The notes under the pieces: generated by a model
Database searches by the model: none
Told to the model about the DNA's origin: nothing
What the model saw: only the letters and a program-made list of their open reading frames with translations
Part shown: piece by piece, positions 35,111-47,256 of the stretch
How the letters are laid out: each line of letters begins with the position of its first letter
Numbering within the stretch: position 1 is the first letter of the stretch
Origin: Podospora anserina
Taxonomy: Eukaryota
Assembly (NCBI GenBank): GCA_017654855.1
Contig: CM030336.1
Location: forward strand, 4,526,001 to 4,590,000
Reading direction: 5' to 3'
Length of the DNA: 64,000 bases
Translations under genes and position numbers: made by a program

Positions 35111-35726
35111 ATGGTGAGCCCGGGAACCTTTAGCCCTGTGGGTATGATGCACCAGCAGGGGGTCATGACAGTGAGCACACATGACAGTTGAACAGTGAAT
35201 AGGGATTATGGTTCATGGCTTGCTGCAGCCGAAGCAAATCGAATCCTTAGAAAAAGCGTATTCCCAACTTGAGGTTCCGAACGCACGTGTGCAGGTGAAC
35301 CAAGATCACGACGGAGTTACCACATTCTACTTCAACGCCGGCGCTGGTACGGATACGAACGGTTGCATATTTCAAACCCACAGTGCCTCGACCACGGCCT
35401 CGATACTCCATATGGCGCAGACAAACGGGGCCGAGATCCAGCAGGCAAATGTCGACGTTCTCAGCGCAAAGGCCAATGTGAAGGTAGAAACGGTGGCTGG
35501 TGTTCTAGTTTATTATGGAGCTGACGCAGGAGTGTACCTCGCCGACGCTGAAGCCGGTCCTTTTCACGGCACTCTTGGGTTAGCTGCAGACACTAAGATA
35601 GGATGCAGAGATCAGTCAGTTGGATGGAAGGTGCTGGGTTGCGGAGTGAGGGTAGGAAGGGTCTACAAAATCTCGGCCTTGGGCAGTGGCTTTGGAATTG
35701 ACTTTCGGAAGTTTAAATGGCGGTGA
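35111..35726 (+). CDS. Gly/Ala-rich beta-strand hypothetical protein. Exons 35111-35141 and 35203-35726.
   Basis: TATATAAG at 34958-34965. A GTATGA...TAG intron joins the ATG at 35111 to the 172-aa ORF. C-terminus GLAADTKIGCRDQSVGWKVLGCGVRVGRVYKISALGSGFGIDF has alternating beta-hairpin patterning. Confidence 0.65.
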
Positions 35727-36515
35727 CCGGTCGATATGGCGGCCTCCTTGCCATGTGGTCGGTATGTCTTTTATGACGGGGAGAATGAATGGTTAATGGT
35801 GAAAGTTTGAACCGACGTTGAAAAATGCTGTGGCAGCACAGGTGGGAATTGTCATCGAACTATTCTTATATCGGCCACGACAACTCCCAGTTGACTTATA
35901 CGATAAGTATGACAGTCCTACCGGGGTTAACAACGGCACTCACCACGATGCTAGTTGAGATACGGAGATAATGCCAGTTGAAACCTGGTGGAGCATGGCG
36001 CAAAGGACCCCAAGGAACACATCCATATCTAATATACCTACGAGATTCCTAGGACGTCGAAGGCCCGGGAACGATTTTTGCTGAGTGCTGGGGCGATAGG
36101 GAGTTTGGTGGGCGGTGGACTCGCCGTGCTGTATTTATTGCTCTTGTGGTTGTACGACTCGGAAGACTTTGTGGAAAGGAAAGCTCCGGAGGACAACGTA
36201 GGAAGGCTTGAGGGGGTCGATGGTGCGGACGGCTGCTAGGTACAATTTACGAGTTGGATGGTAGAGGGAATAGGCTTTCTTGGTGATGGAAGGTTTAGTA
36301 AGAACCCGAACCCTTATCCCCCAAACATGCATGCGGCGGATAACCGTGCCAAGAGCGTTGCCGGCCGGCGGTGATGTACCTGCCGCCAAGTGGGGCGCAA
36401 AACACCTTGATGATTGATTGACTTTGGCAGACTGGGGACCAAAAAAAACATCGAAGACCGTTTCTTCCCCTCGGTTGGATCCGCCAATTCTGCGTATGCA
36501 TTTTTCACGTCGCCC

Positions 36516-39224
36516 ATGTTACCAGTCCGCCATGTTGCACAGGCAACTTTTCTGCGCTCCCTCTCCACCAGGCGCTTGATCGGTACCATCGCCGCGGGCC
36601 ATCATCGCATTCGCCTCCCATCGCCCCGCCTCCAATTCCAAGAGCCCCTCCAAGTTCGACATTATGCGCGCTTCACCGAAGATGTCTCGCTCGAACATGT
36701 ACCACTCGAATATGCACCGCTCGAACATGCACCACTCGACCATGTACCTCTCAAACATGTCGCCGCCGAACCCATGCCCAAAGCACAAAAACAGAACATA
36801 CCCACGCAGGACAAACCATGTCGTTTTGCTTGCCCCGTTCCTACCTGCGAATATGCGACAAAAGGATTCACCAGGAGGCCGAACCTCAGAAGACACATCG
36901 AACGAGTGCACCAGAACGAAAGGGCATTTCCCCTTAAGGAATTGCTCGCGGATATAGACAACAACCCAAGATTAGTGTATCCAGACCTCGAAGCGTTGAA
37001 AAGCGAAAAGCTTTCAAAACAGCGCTCCGGCCGCAAGAAGGTTGTTGAACTGGAAGCGCAACCTCTTCCCGAGACAGATGCCGAACCATCACCCAAAGCG
37101 GCGCCCTTGCCAAAGGAGGATTCCACCACTGCATCAACTCTTGGAAAGCTCCTCGGCGCCTTGGACAACGAAAAGCCCATCAAACGGCGGGGCAGGCCCA
37201 AAAAAGTCCGCGACGCCGAACCGTCCCCCGAAGCTGAGCAAGAGTCACAGCCCGCTACCTCGGGAGAACAGCCAAAGCCAGCCCGCAGACGCGGCGGCCG
37301 CCCAGCTGGATCCAAAAACAAACCCAAAGACCCCGCGAAACCCCCAAAAGAAAAAAGAGCATACGTCAGACGCTCCGTCAGATATGATCATCCCCAACCG
37401 GAAGTTACTTTCAAGGCTGACTGCGTCAACACGACATACCTCTACGATGCGCTCCTTGACACGGGGATGTGGGGTCGGCGCAACACCGCGGCCGCGAAGC
37501 AGAGGAGGCTAGAAATGAGGAAACACGCTGATGTGAAGAGGGTGAATATCCTCTCGGAAAAGCTCTGCGATGATGTGTTGGGGTATATGAAGCCTGGTCT
37601 GCTAGAGAGGCACAAGGGGTGTGACATTATTGATATCAACCCTGGGGCGGGTTTGTGGAGCAGAAAGCTGAATGATTTGCTGCAGCCTAGAAAGCATGTG
37701 CTCGTGGAGGAGGACTACAAGGTTTACGAACCGTTTCTGAAGCCGTTGGTAGAGAGGGAAGGGGTCGAGGTGTTGGAGGTTGCGTGGGCGCTTTGGGCAT
37801 CGTTGTTTGATGCGTTGGAGGAGAAGGGTGCGTTGGCGGCGCACCCGGTGCGGAACTATCAGCCTGATGAGACGCCGGAGAGGAACGACACGTTGCTTGT
37901 GGTGATGAACATGATGACTCTCGACAAGAAGAGGGTGGGGGGGAGGAGGATGGGGAGCATGACGGCCATGATTTTGTATCAGTTGATCAATTCGGTGAGG
38001 CTGCAGGGGTTGTTTCAGAAGTATGGGTTGGTGAGGATGCTGATTTGGGTGGATGAACATGAGAAGGCGCAGTATTTACCCAAGACGATCCAGAGGAGGA
38101 AGGCGGGGGCCATACAGGCTGAGCTCTCGCTAGATTGGGTCACCGAGGTGGCGGGAGTCGATCACCCGAATGGTGGCAAGAACTATATCTACAGGAGGGA
38201 CAAGCACATCGACATGGAGGGTATGGGCCAGGTTCTGGAGAGGATGAGAAAGGCGGGTCTCAAGGTGCCGGAGGGGCGAGAGACGGCGCTGTTGAAGAGC
38301 TGTTTGGAGCTGGAAAAGGAGGGAAAGTCAGTTAAGGCTGGAGAGCAGAAGCCGGCGCTTGCGGCAAGATATGAGCTGGGAGAGGAAGAGTGGGAGAAAT
38401 TGAAGGAGACGAAATCGAAGGAGGGCACATGGACAACGAGAGACAACGACCACCTGCACCGGAATACGTGGTTAAAGACGCAGACGGAAAAAAAGCAAGA
38501 ATTCCTGTACGAGTTGTTGATTAAGCTGGACGAGCTGACGAAACTGAAGCTCCAAGTTCTGGAAGAGGAGAAGGAGGGCAAGCTGGCGAAAGCTGCTCAA
38601 AAGAAGTTTGATAAACTCGAGGCCGAAATGAAGGAGCAGTGGGAAAGCATCGACCCGATCTCGAGAAGCAAGTTTTTGGTTGCGCGAGACAACTTGAGGG
38701 CTTTCAAGCAGCCGCCGGAGCTAGGACCTGTGCTCATGTGGGACCGTCGGCAGTTTGAGCCGCTGGTGGTGCAGCCGGAGGAGTTCTTGCCAGCGTGTGA
38801 CGGGGCTTTGCTGGACATTCAACCCAGGGCGATGGAGCCGGCGTTGCGAGCCAAATGCGAGCATGGGTCGAAGATGTTTGACCAGATGGACCTTATCATC
38901 CGGAGTCTGTATTTACAAGCCTCTGCGCCAATATCACAAGCGGTGGAGGGTCTGTGGCCTGGCTCAGGCCGGGGCGTGGCGGAAAAGATGAGGAGCCTCC
39001 ACGATCCTGCCCTGGGAGGGACGCCGCTCAAGGGCCCTGTAGGTGAGCTTGACCTGAGGGCACTGAACAGGACGCAGATTGTGGAGCTTGCGGAAAGGTG
39101 GTGGCAGTGGCCGTTTAAGCCTAGCTTTCCCGAGTTGGTCGGGAGGTTGGGCGAGGGGGAGGAGGAAAACGTCGATGGAGAAAATGGAGGAGGGGCTACC
39201 ATGCTGGGGCACATGTTCGATTGA
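36516..39224 (+). CDS. mtf1: Mitochondrial transcription factor Mtf1 / rRNA adenine dimethylase-like protein, with a C2H2 finger and AT-hooks in the N-terminal extension
   Basis: R-rich, acid-free presequence MLPVRHVAQATFLRSLSTRR. RVNILSEKLCDDVLGY, SAM-fold GCDIIDINPGAGLWSRKLNDLLQPRKHVLVE, ERNDTLLV, LFQKYGLVRMLIW, WDRRQFEPL, ALLDIQP, WWQWPFKPS. Confidence 0.8.
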   Translation: MLPVRHVAQATFLRSLSTRRLIGTIAAGHHRIRLPSPRLQFQEPLQVRHYARFTEDVSLEHVPLEYAPLEHAPLDHVPLKHVAAEPMPKAQKQNIPTQDKPCRFACPVPTCEYATKGFTRRPNLRRHIERVHQNERAFPLKELLADIDNNPRLVYPDLEALKSEKLSKQRSGRKKVVELEAQPLPETDAEPSPKAAPLPKEDSTTASTLGKLLGALDNEKPIKRRGRPKKVRDAEPSPEAEQESQPATSGEQPKPARRRGGRPAGSKNKPKDPAKPPKEKRAYVRRSVRYDHPQPEVTFKADCVNTTYLYDALLDTGMWGRRNTAAAKQRRLEMRKHADVKRVNILSEKLCDDVLGYMKPGLLERHKGCDIIDINPGAGLWSRKLNDLLQPRKHVLVEEDYKVYEPFLKPLVEREGVEVLEVAWALWASLFDALEEKGALAAHPVRNYQPDETPERNDTLLVVMNMMTLDKKRVGGRRMGSMTAMILYQLINSVRLQGLFQKYGLVRMLIWVDEHEKAQYLPKTIQRRKAGAIQAELSLDWVTEVAGVDHPNGGKNYIYRRDKHIDMEGMGQVLERMRKAGLKVPEGRETALLKSCLELEKEGKSVKAGEQKPALAARYELGEEEWEKLKETKSKEGTWTTRDNDHLHRNTWLKTQTEKKQEFLYELLIKLDELTKLKLQVLEEEKEGKLAKAAQKKFDKLEAEMKEQWESIDPISRSKFLVARDNLRAFKQPPELGPVLMWDRRQFEPLVVQPEEFLPACDGALLDIQPRAMEPALRAKCEHGSKMFDQMDLIIRSLYLQASAPISQAVEGLWPGSGRGVAEKMRSLHDPALGGTPLKGPVGELDLRALNRTQIVELAERWWQWPFKPSFPELVGRLGEGEEENVDGENGGGATMLGHMFD
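36690..36764 (+). repeat. Coding tandem repeat, 5 x 15 nt (LEHVP/LEYAP/LEHAP/LDHVP/LKHVA)
   Basis: CTCGAACATGTACCA-like unit repeated five times. Confidence 0.85.
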
Positions 39225-39669
39225 TGTTGTTCATCTCTAAAATGTATATATACCTTATATTTGATTTGTACACTATATATCAACTTGACTCAAAAACATG
39301 ATGACCATCATCATGGAAATTCCCGCCAAGGCAAGTTTCGGCTTAGCGGGACCAGGGTTGTTAGGTAAGCAAACCATTGAAACAATAGGGAGCTGAAAGC
39401 CAGGGTTTATGCGGGGCGTGGTTTTTTTTGGGGCGTTCCAGAATTGCGGTTATGGGGCGTGAACTTGGCAGCCAACGGCCCAGCCTGCAGCAGACGAGCA
39501 GCGCGCCGCCCCCCGGGCCCCTATCTCATGCATCTCAGCTTTTTGACCTACCAACCATATCGGCCTGCCCCATGACACACTCCTTATTACTTTTCTTCCG
39601 CCGTTACCAATTTCTTTCCTACACTCCTTTACCGTGACACTGCATTCACTTGCAGCCGACGACGATACC

Positions 39670-39692
39670 TTTTTTTTTTTTTTTTTTTTTTT
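39670..39692. repeat. Poly-T tract (23 nt) upstream of the GT90 gene
   Basis: Seen directly. A (CCGA)n run follows near 39850-39868. Confidence 0.9.
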
Positions 39693-40023
39693 GTATTTGT
39701 GGCATTTCGAACCTGTTGTTTCTGCCTTGTAACTTGAAGACGGCGCGCCACGCATCAACGGCGTTTCCAATTGACACCGACCCCGGATTTTACCTACCAA
39801 GCCATCGCAACCCAATTCCCCAGACCTTTTTGTTCCATCCAACCCCCAACCGACCGACCGACCGACCGCGATCACGAACTGCGCGTACCGGCGTCCGAGG
39901 CAATCCTAGCCGCCTACGAGAAGGAGCCGCGAACCTCTTGCCCCCTCCCATCGCGGCCCTCTACACCCGGACTACACGGTTATGCCAAACTAATATCCTC
40001 CCTCCTCGCCCTACCTATCAAAA

Positions 40024-41980
40024 ATGGCCTTCCCCCGCCGACCCTCAGCCTTCCTCCGCTACCTCATCCCCGCAGCTCTCATCCTCTGCGTGTTCTACGT
40101 TTTGACGGGACAGCCAGGCTCAGACTTTGCCTCCCCCCAAAACTTCCGCCGTCCCTGGGCCGGCTTAGGAGCCCAAAAACATCCAATCGAATACCTCATC
40201 GACTCGGCAGAAAAAGAGTTTGCAAACAAGATCTCCCGACAAAGCCACACCATCGCCGAAGCAGCAGCTGCCTACCGCCAACGTAGAGGCCGGCACCCTC
40301 CGCCCGGGTTTGACAAGTGGTTTAAGTTTGCGCAGGAAAAAAATGCGGTTATTGTGGAAGATTTCTGGGATCAGATATACCATGACTTGGAACCGTTTTG
40401 GGCGTTGGAGGCGCAGAGGATAAGGAAAGACGCGTGGGATTTTGAGATGAGGATCGAGGTTAGGGATGGGAAGGCGAGTAGTGGGAGTGATTGGTTCTGG
40501 ACAAAGATTTGGTTGAAGATGATTGGGACTGTGGAGGGGTTGTTGCCTGATATGGATATTGCGCTTAATGCGATGGATGAGCCGAGGTTGGTTGTGCCTT
40601 GGGAGGAAATTGATGAGCTGGTTGGGAGGGCGGGGCAAGATAAAAGGATGGTGAGGGCGGAGGAGGTGGTGACCGAGTTTGAGAAGTTGGCTAAGCCGGG
40701 GGAGGGGCCGGAGAAGGATTTTGAGACGCCGAAGAAGGTTTGGGAGGGGAATAGTAGGTTCATCTGCATGGGGAGTGGTGTTGCTTGGAGAGTGATGATG
40801 CTGACGAGATGCTGCGACAGAACACTACTGGTTGATCGCCCGCCGCGGGTGCCCGCCTACTTCCCTTGCGCGACAGTCGCCTGTTATTACTGACTTTAAC
40901 CGCACCCCGTTGATCAAGTCGTCCTTTGCGCTGCCTCACATGACGGAGGGTTATGTCTCCAACTATACCTTGTCGACCGATTTTTGCCATCAATCGGACC
41001 TCCAAGCCCTCGAGGGCGTCTTTGTCGAGCCCCTCTCCGTTTCGGCGACAAAAACGCTCTTTCCCATGTTTGGCGGCTCCAAACTGGCTGTCAACAACGA
41101 GATCCTCCTCCCGGCACCAATGTACTGGAACGAAGAGGAGCGCTTCATGGGCTCCCAGGGGGCGGATATCCCGTGGGAAGAAAAAGAAGACGCGGTCATC
41201 TGGCGCGGTGTGGCTACCGGCGGAAAGAACAAGGAGGACAACTGGCGCTCGTTTCAGCGTCACAGATTTGTGGCCATGAATAATGGGTCCAAGATTACGC
41301 TCGCGGAGCAGAGGCAGCTCGAGCCGGTGAACTTTGCGCTGCCCCCTAAAGCGTACGGGTTGAAGGCGCAGAAGAGGGGGAAATTGGGGGAGTGGGTGGC
41401 GAGCTGGTCGAACGTGCAGTTTATTGACCTCATGTGTGGGATTAAGGGCCAGGGCGTGAGGTGCAATTACACGGATCAGCACTTTGAGGTTACAAAGGGG
41501 ATGCCGATGGCGGAGCAGTTTAGGAATAAATATCTGCCTGACATTGACGGGAACTCGTTTAGCGGGAGGTATCTGGGTTTTCTGAGGAGCACGAGCCTGC
41601 CGATCAAGGCTACGCTGTGGAGGGAGTGGCACGATTCGAGGCTGGTGGCCTGGAAGCATTTTGTGCCGATGGATAGCCGGTTTGGGGATTGGTATGGGAT
41701 AATGGAGTTTTTCTTGGGGGCTGATGGGACGGGGAGGGATGAGGTGGCGAGGAAGATTGCGATGGAGGGGAAGGAGTGGGCGGAGAGGGTGCTGAGGAAG
41801 GAGGATATGCAGGTTTATGTGCTGAGGTTGCTGTTGGAGTATGCGAGGGTTAGTGATCCGAGGCGGGGGGAGATGGGGTGGGTGGATGATTTGCTTGGGG
41901 GGGAGGGGACGAAGGGGAGGGATAATGAACTGGTTAAGGATGGGGAGGGGGAGGTGGGGAGTGCGGCTGGGGAGGCTTGA
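40024..41980 (+). CDS. Glycosyltransferase family 90 (CAP10-like), type II membrane protein. Exons 40024-40753 and 40821-41980.
   Basis: N-terminal membrane anchor, HPIEYLI, YRQRRGRHPPPGFDKWFKFA, LPDMDIALNAMDEPR, WRGVATGG, KYLPDIDGNSFSGRY, PIKATLWREWHDSRL, DMQVYVLRLLLEYAR. GTAGGT...CTGAC...CAG intron. Confidence 0.93.
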
Positions 41981-43857
41981 GGATTCTAAGGGGGGGTATG
42001 GTTTTAATTTTTGTTGTATTGCGTTAAGATATTGATGTATAATTATTCGGTCTTTTTTTTGGTTTGTTTTGTGTGGTGTTGGTTGGCTTTTGTTGTGAAA
42101 ATTTGTGGGGGTGATGAAGGACAAGTCACGTTTTTGGAAGCAGGCGAGCAAAATGATTGAGCGAGCATTTGACGTTGCGGTGTTGGTGAAGCTGTTGATG
42201 TTGTTGTGTGTGACAGGGGCATGCTTGCTGCTGGGTTTATCAATCGTGGGATTCGAATGCTTGGCGTTGGCTTCTGGAAAGCTGGGCGGAAGCATTGAGA
42301 TCGGGGAAATTTGGGGATGGTGTGGTGGAAGATATCAAGTTGTGTTGTCATGTGCAATATTCACAATCTTGATATATTGGAATAGAGATGTCGTTATCGT
42401 CAAACAGTTGGAGAGATAGAGAGAGAATAGCTGTATCTGTGTGTCACCCAATCTGATAACTCGGAGTGAGGTGAGTGTTTTGCTATCAATTCTTATCTCC
42501 GAAGCGAGCAAGACTCGGTTCCGATCATTACCATCACTTGTGACCACTTTCCCAGTGGCGGTGTCATCTCTGACCGAACCCCGTGATTGAGTTTCAAGCA
42601 CAAGTCGGACCGCGAGATCGGGGAAATTTTACCTAAGAAGTTACGCAAAAGGAATCGGTGATGTTGTTCTGTTTCTGGAAGCTCACTGGAAGAATGTGGA
42701 GCGGCGGTCTGGGTAGCACCCCCGAGCGTGAAAGCCGGCGGTATCCGCCATGCTTGCTGGGATCTTCGTCCGGGATATGTCTTGGGTCCTGCCGTTAACT
42801 GAAGGGGCACTTATAACTTAACGGCAGTCCTGTCCGAGACTGGATCCAGTTGTGAGGTGGGATTTTGTTTTCTCAGCTTTTTTTTTCCGGTGTAGGAGAG
42901 GGTGATGGGAGGGTGATGGCAAGATGAGTGAATTACAGGCATCAAGGTGGATAGTGATGGGTGAACCTTGAGGGTCAGTGATGGGGAGGGAGATGGAGAG
43001 ACGGTTATAAATAGGAGATGTTGTTGGTTTTCGGTGAGATAGGTGGCTTGACTTGATTCATTCTTTCTCTCTCTTGTTTAGCGTCAGATAGCGGTTTATT
43101 TGCGACTTGTCATTTTGGCACTTGAGCCGAATTGCAGTTTGAGCTGTGCAACACACCCGACCCTTGCTGTCTGTCACGTCAACGACAATCTTCCCGAGGA
43201 GGCTCCGAAGACTGTTCTTTTCCCAAGAGGTATGTTTGGTTTGCTACTGTCATCATGTCTCCGTGTTTCGGCCCTCTGGCACATGCAGTTGTTGGTCGAT
43301 TGGGACGTCGAATCTTGATTGCGGCAGGGCGGGACAGGGGCGGCTGAGTTGCCAGAGTTGCAGCCCCGAGGCGTGCAGTGGTGATCGTGTTGTGGAAATC
43401 AGGAGGAAGGGCCAGAAGAGGCATTTGATGTGCTTCCCCACAGCTTGGAAGCAGATGTCACCTTCTGCGATCAGCCCCCCGATGCTGTGGTGTGTGTGGT
43501 CTTGGCGGGCTGGCGGCACATCGTCACCGCGCATGTGGTCCTTGTGTTCTGCGATCCCGGCCGGCGCGGCACAGGTGGTGCCCGTATCTGACCGATATTG
43601 TTGGAGCAGCGCCCGTTGATACATAGATAACAAGGCGGTCTTCCCCCTTCCAAGGGATGGAGCCTTCTGTGTTGGCTCCATTACCTATTTCTCTTTGTCC
43701 TTTGTTCTCTCTCTTGGATTGTTTATCCCCCTGTCTAAAAAACACAGCATTGACAGCCGCTAGATCTAGATCGCGCACTGCGTTTGCTGCACAGCTGCAG
43801 GTCACCCGCCCTAGCGACGCCGACAGCAGCCGAGACCCCAGCTCGGTATAAGAACCA

Positions 43858-45100
43858 ATGGCACCCTCCCGCCTCAGCGACATTGCAGACATTGCGCTGC
43901 CAACGACAAAGTCTACCAGCGCAACTGATACTGTCACCACTCTCCCAGACACTCCCGCCTCGAGCGTTGGCTCTCGCACTTTCGGCAGAAGCATCATGAA
44001 CACATCGTTGATCGAGAGCAAGTTCCTCAGCCACCCCGAGGATTTGGGTGTGGTGGCTGTAGGTTTCTCGGGGGGTCAGGTATGTTTGGCGAGGTTCTTG
44101 TCTACGGGAATGGGCGAGAGGCTGACAAAGAGAATGAATCACAGTGCAAACCAGGTGTTGACGCTGCGCCATCAGCGCTCATCGAAGCCGGCCTCCTCAC
44201 CCAGATCCGCGACGAGCTCGGTTACAACCTCCACGGCCATGACACAGTCCACCTCTACACCGACCTTGTGCCCAAGGAGGACCCCGACTACCGCAACATG
44301 AAGAACCCCCGCGCCGTCTCTGCCGTGACAAAGAAGATCGCCGATCAGGTGTATAACCAGGCCAAGGAGGGGAGACTGGTCTTGACTCTGGGTGGTGATC
44401 ACAGTATTGCCATTGGCACTATTGGTGGTTCGGCCAAGGCTATCAGGGAAAGGCTGGGCAGAGAGATCGCCGTCATCTGGGTGGACGCGCACGCCGATAT
44501 CAACACCCCCGAGACCAGCGGCAGTGGTAACATCCACGGCATGCCTGTTAGCTTCTTGACTGGGTTGGCCAAGGAAGACAAGGAGGATATCTTTGGGTGG
44601 ATCAAGGATGAGAACAGGATCAGCGTCAAGAAGATCGTGTACATTGGTCTGAGAGATGTTGATGCCGGCGAGAAGAGGATCTTGAGGGAGAATGGGATCA
44701 AGGCGTTTAGCATGTTTGACATTGACAGGTACGTTTTTGGTGACGTTGTTGCTTGTGTCGGAAAAGAGAAGCTGACAAGAGACATAGACATGGCATCGGC
44801 CGCGTGATGGAGATGGCTCTCGGTCACATTGGCAGCGATACCCCGATCCATCTGTCGTTCGACGTGGATGCGCTTGACCCCATGTGGGCGCCATCGACCG
44901 GCACCCCTGTCCGTGGAGGCTTGACGCTGCGCGAGGGTGACTACATCTGCGAGTGTGTGCACCAGACGGGCAGCTTGGTGGCTGTTGACTTGGTGGAAGT
45001 CAACCCCAGCCTGGCGCCTGCTGAAGACATCGGGGCTCACGAGACGGTTAGGGCCGGTTGCTCCCTTGTTCGGTGCGCGCTCGGCGAGTCTCTTCTGTAG
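43858..45100 (+). CDS. aga: Arginase. Exons 43858 (or 43996)-44079, 44145-44728, 44788-45100.
   Basis: [68 protein letters not shown]. Two canonical introns. Confidence 0.97.
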
Positions 45101-46312
45101 GCCTGTTTGCGGTCTCTTGGTCATTTTGATATTAGAAGGTATGGCAGCATCATGTGTACATAATTTCTGTTCTTCTTTTCGTTTTCAAGTTGCGTTTGGG
45201 TTGGGTAGGAGCACGCGTTTTGGTTTCCTTGTAGTTAGTACAGGCATGAATAGAGGGAAGGCATCCATCCCATCACTGAAATGTTCATTTTTAGCAGCAG
45301 CCTTATGATGGAAACGGGTGGCTGGGCCGGTGCCACGCTGCCCCACCACCCCGCGTTCAAGAAGTCGTTGCCGCCAGAGAGGAACAGACATGCATCATCC
45401 GAAATGTCTCATTGAGACCTGATTGTGCCTGGACTGATATCCGTCATCTTCCCAATTCATCTTCCTTTACGGATCTGTTCAACGTCAACGTTGAGTCCCA
45501 AGAACCACCTACCTACCCCAGCTCACCCGGCGGCCAGGCACGAACCAACCACCAGGTGGGCACAGCGCAATCGATAAGACAGGCGCGCCAAGACCACTTT
45601 CCGAATCTCGTGAAGCACCTGAAGAAGCGCGCTGGCTGCGCGCGCGGCACGGTGGGATAGCTGATATCCAACACAGGCGCAAGCAGGAGGAAGCAGTGCC
45701 GCTAGGCACAATTGTCGCATCGCATCCTGTCACAACATAATCGCATTTGTTTTTCTGTTTCTTTTGAACCTCCTATCGAACGACCGAGCGATAAAGCGAC
45801 GAAAAATCCAGGCCGTTGTTCCCAGCCACCGGCAGTTTGCGACAACTCCACCACCACCAGCACCGCCCGTGCAATCCGATCACCCACCAACCCACCACCT
45901 CACGGACTCACGGCTCCGAGTCTCTCCACCAGCCGGCCAGGCTACCACCGATCAACGACGTTCACTGGACGTGTGGGTAGTAGGCCAATTGGCGTGAGAG
46001 AGCGTCAAAGTCAGTTTTTTTGCGCTTTCTTGGGGATATTTTAGGTTGGGAGGGAGTTAGACAGGAGATACAAAATTTTGGGAGAACAGGCTGGTGCGGA
46101 TAGAAAAGCAACAATTGTTTACGGCATTACGAGTGTATTTTGACGCGCGACGGCGTTTTTGGAAGAACATCGTCTTGGTAGCTGGGTCTTTTGGAATTGG
46201 AACACAGCAACTAGCTTTGGAGAGAAACCACCAGCAAACACACCCCTGAAGTGGACGCTCCACCAAGCAGAACAACTTCACACAACAACTTTCACACAGC
46301 AACAACTCCAAA

Positions 46313-46947
46313 ATGGCCTCTGTCCTCACCTCGGAACCCTCCCTCGTCTACTCCCGCCGGGTAGTCGAGGCCCGGGTACACAAATACCACTGGCCCGCCG
46401 TCCAGCTCAACATCTGGATGCTCATCATGCTCATAAGCGCCTGCACCATCATTGGCGTATTTGCCACCTTTATTGACATCCAGCACACCCTTCTACTACC
46501 GGTACCGTGGTCCGTAGTCCTCCCCCCTCCCTCCCTTCCCATCCTTATTAACACAAAAACAGGTACTTCCCCTACTACATAACCGTCGCCTCCCTCGCAG
46601 TCTTCTTCATCCTCCTCCTCCTCTACCTCATCTACCAGCGCCGCTTGCTCCCCTCCATCGTCATGATAGGAGGTTTTATTCTCTTTGTGCTGTGGTTGAC
46701 GGGGTTGATAGTGATATCGGTGCAGCTGTGGGGGCCGGACGGGAGCGTGAGTTCGGAGTGCAATATCCAGGTTTTTGGGGCGAGTCCGATGCCCAAGGGG
46801 CAGACGCTGGAGACGTTGGCGTGGTTGGAGCAGAGGAGTATTTGCCAGAGCTGGCAGGCGGTTTTTGCGTTTGGGCTGGTGGGGGCGGTATTTTTGTTGT
46901 GGATTATGGTTATTGCTTATCAGGTTTTTGCGGATGATGCTGTTTGA
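46313..46947 (+). CDS. Four-TM MARVEL-like membrane protein. Exons 46313-46509 and 46563-46947.
   Basis: A GTCCGT...CAG intron joins LPVPW to YFPYYI. Four hydrophobic helices, with a Cys pair in the second loop. Confidence 0.8.
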
Positions 46948-47256
46948 TGGTGGTGGGGAAAGGGGCGCGTTGGGGAGTTCAGCTGTATGGGATGTGGAAT
47001 GAGTGATGATATCTACCTGTGTTTGGGTTTGGAAGGGAGGGATGTGTCAAAGGATGTGGATGGTGGTATGTATTGGGCATGATCACATATTGGATATCGT
47101 GGGGCTGGATTTTGGGTAATTTTTTTTTTTTTTGCTGTTTATAAATAATTATGATGTATTATTATCACGTTTCGGTCTTGCTGAACGCTGACACAAATTC
47201 CCAAAACGCCTTGCTTCTCATCACGCATCAGTCATGTTTGGGTTGTCATGGAGATT

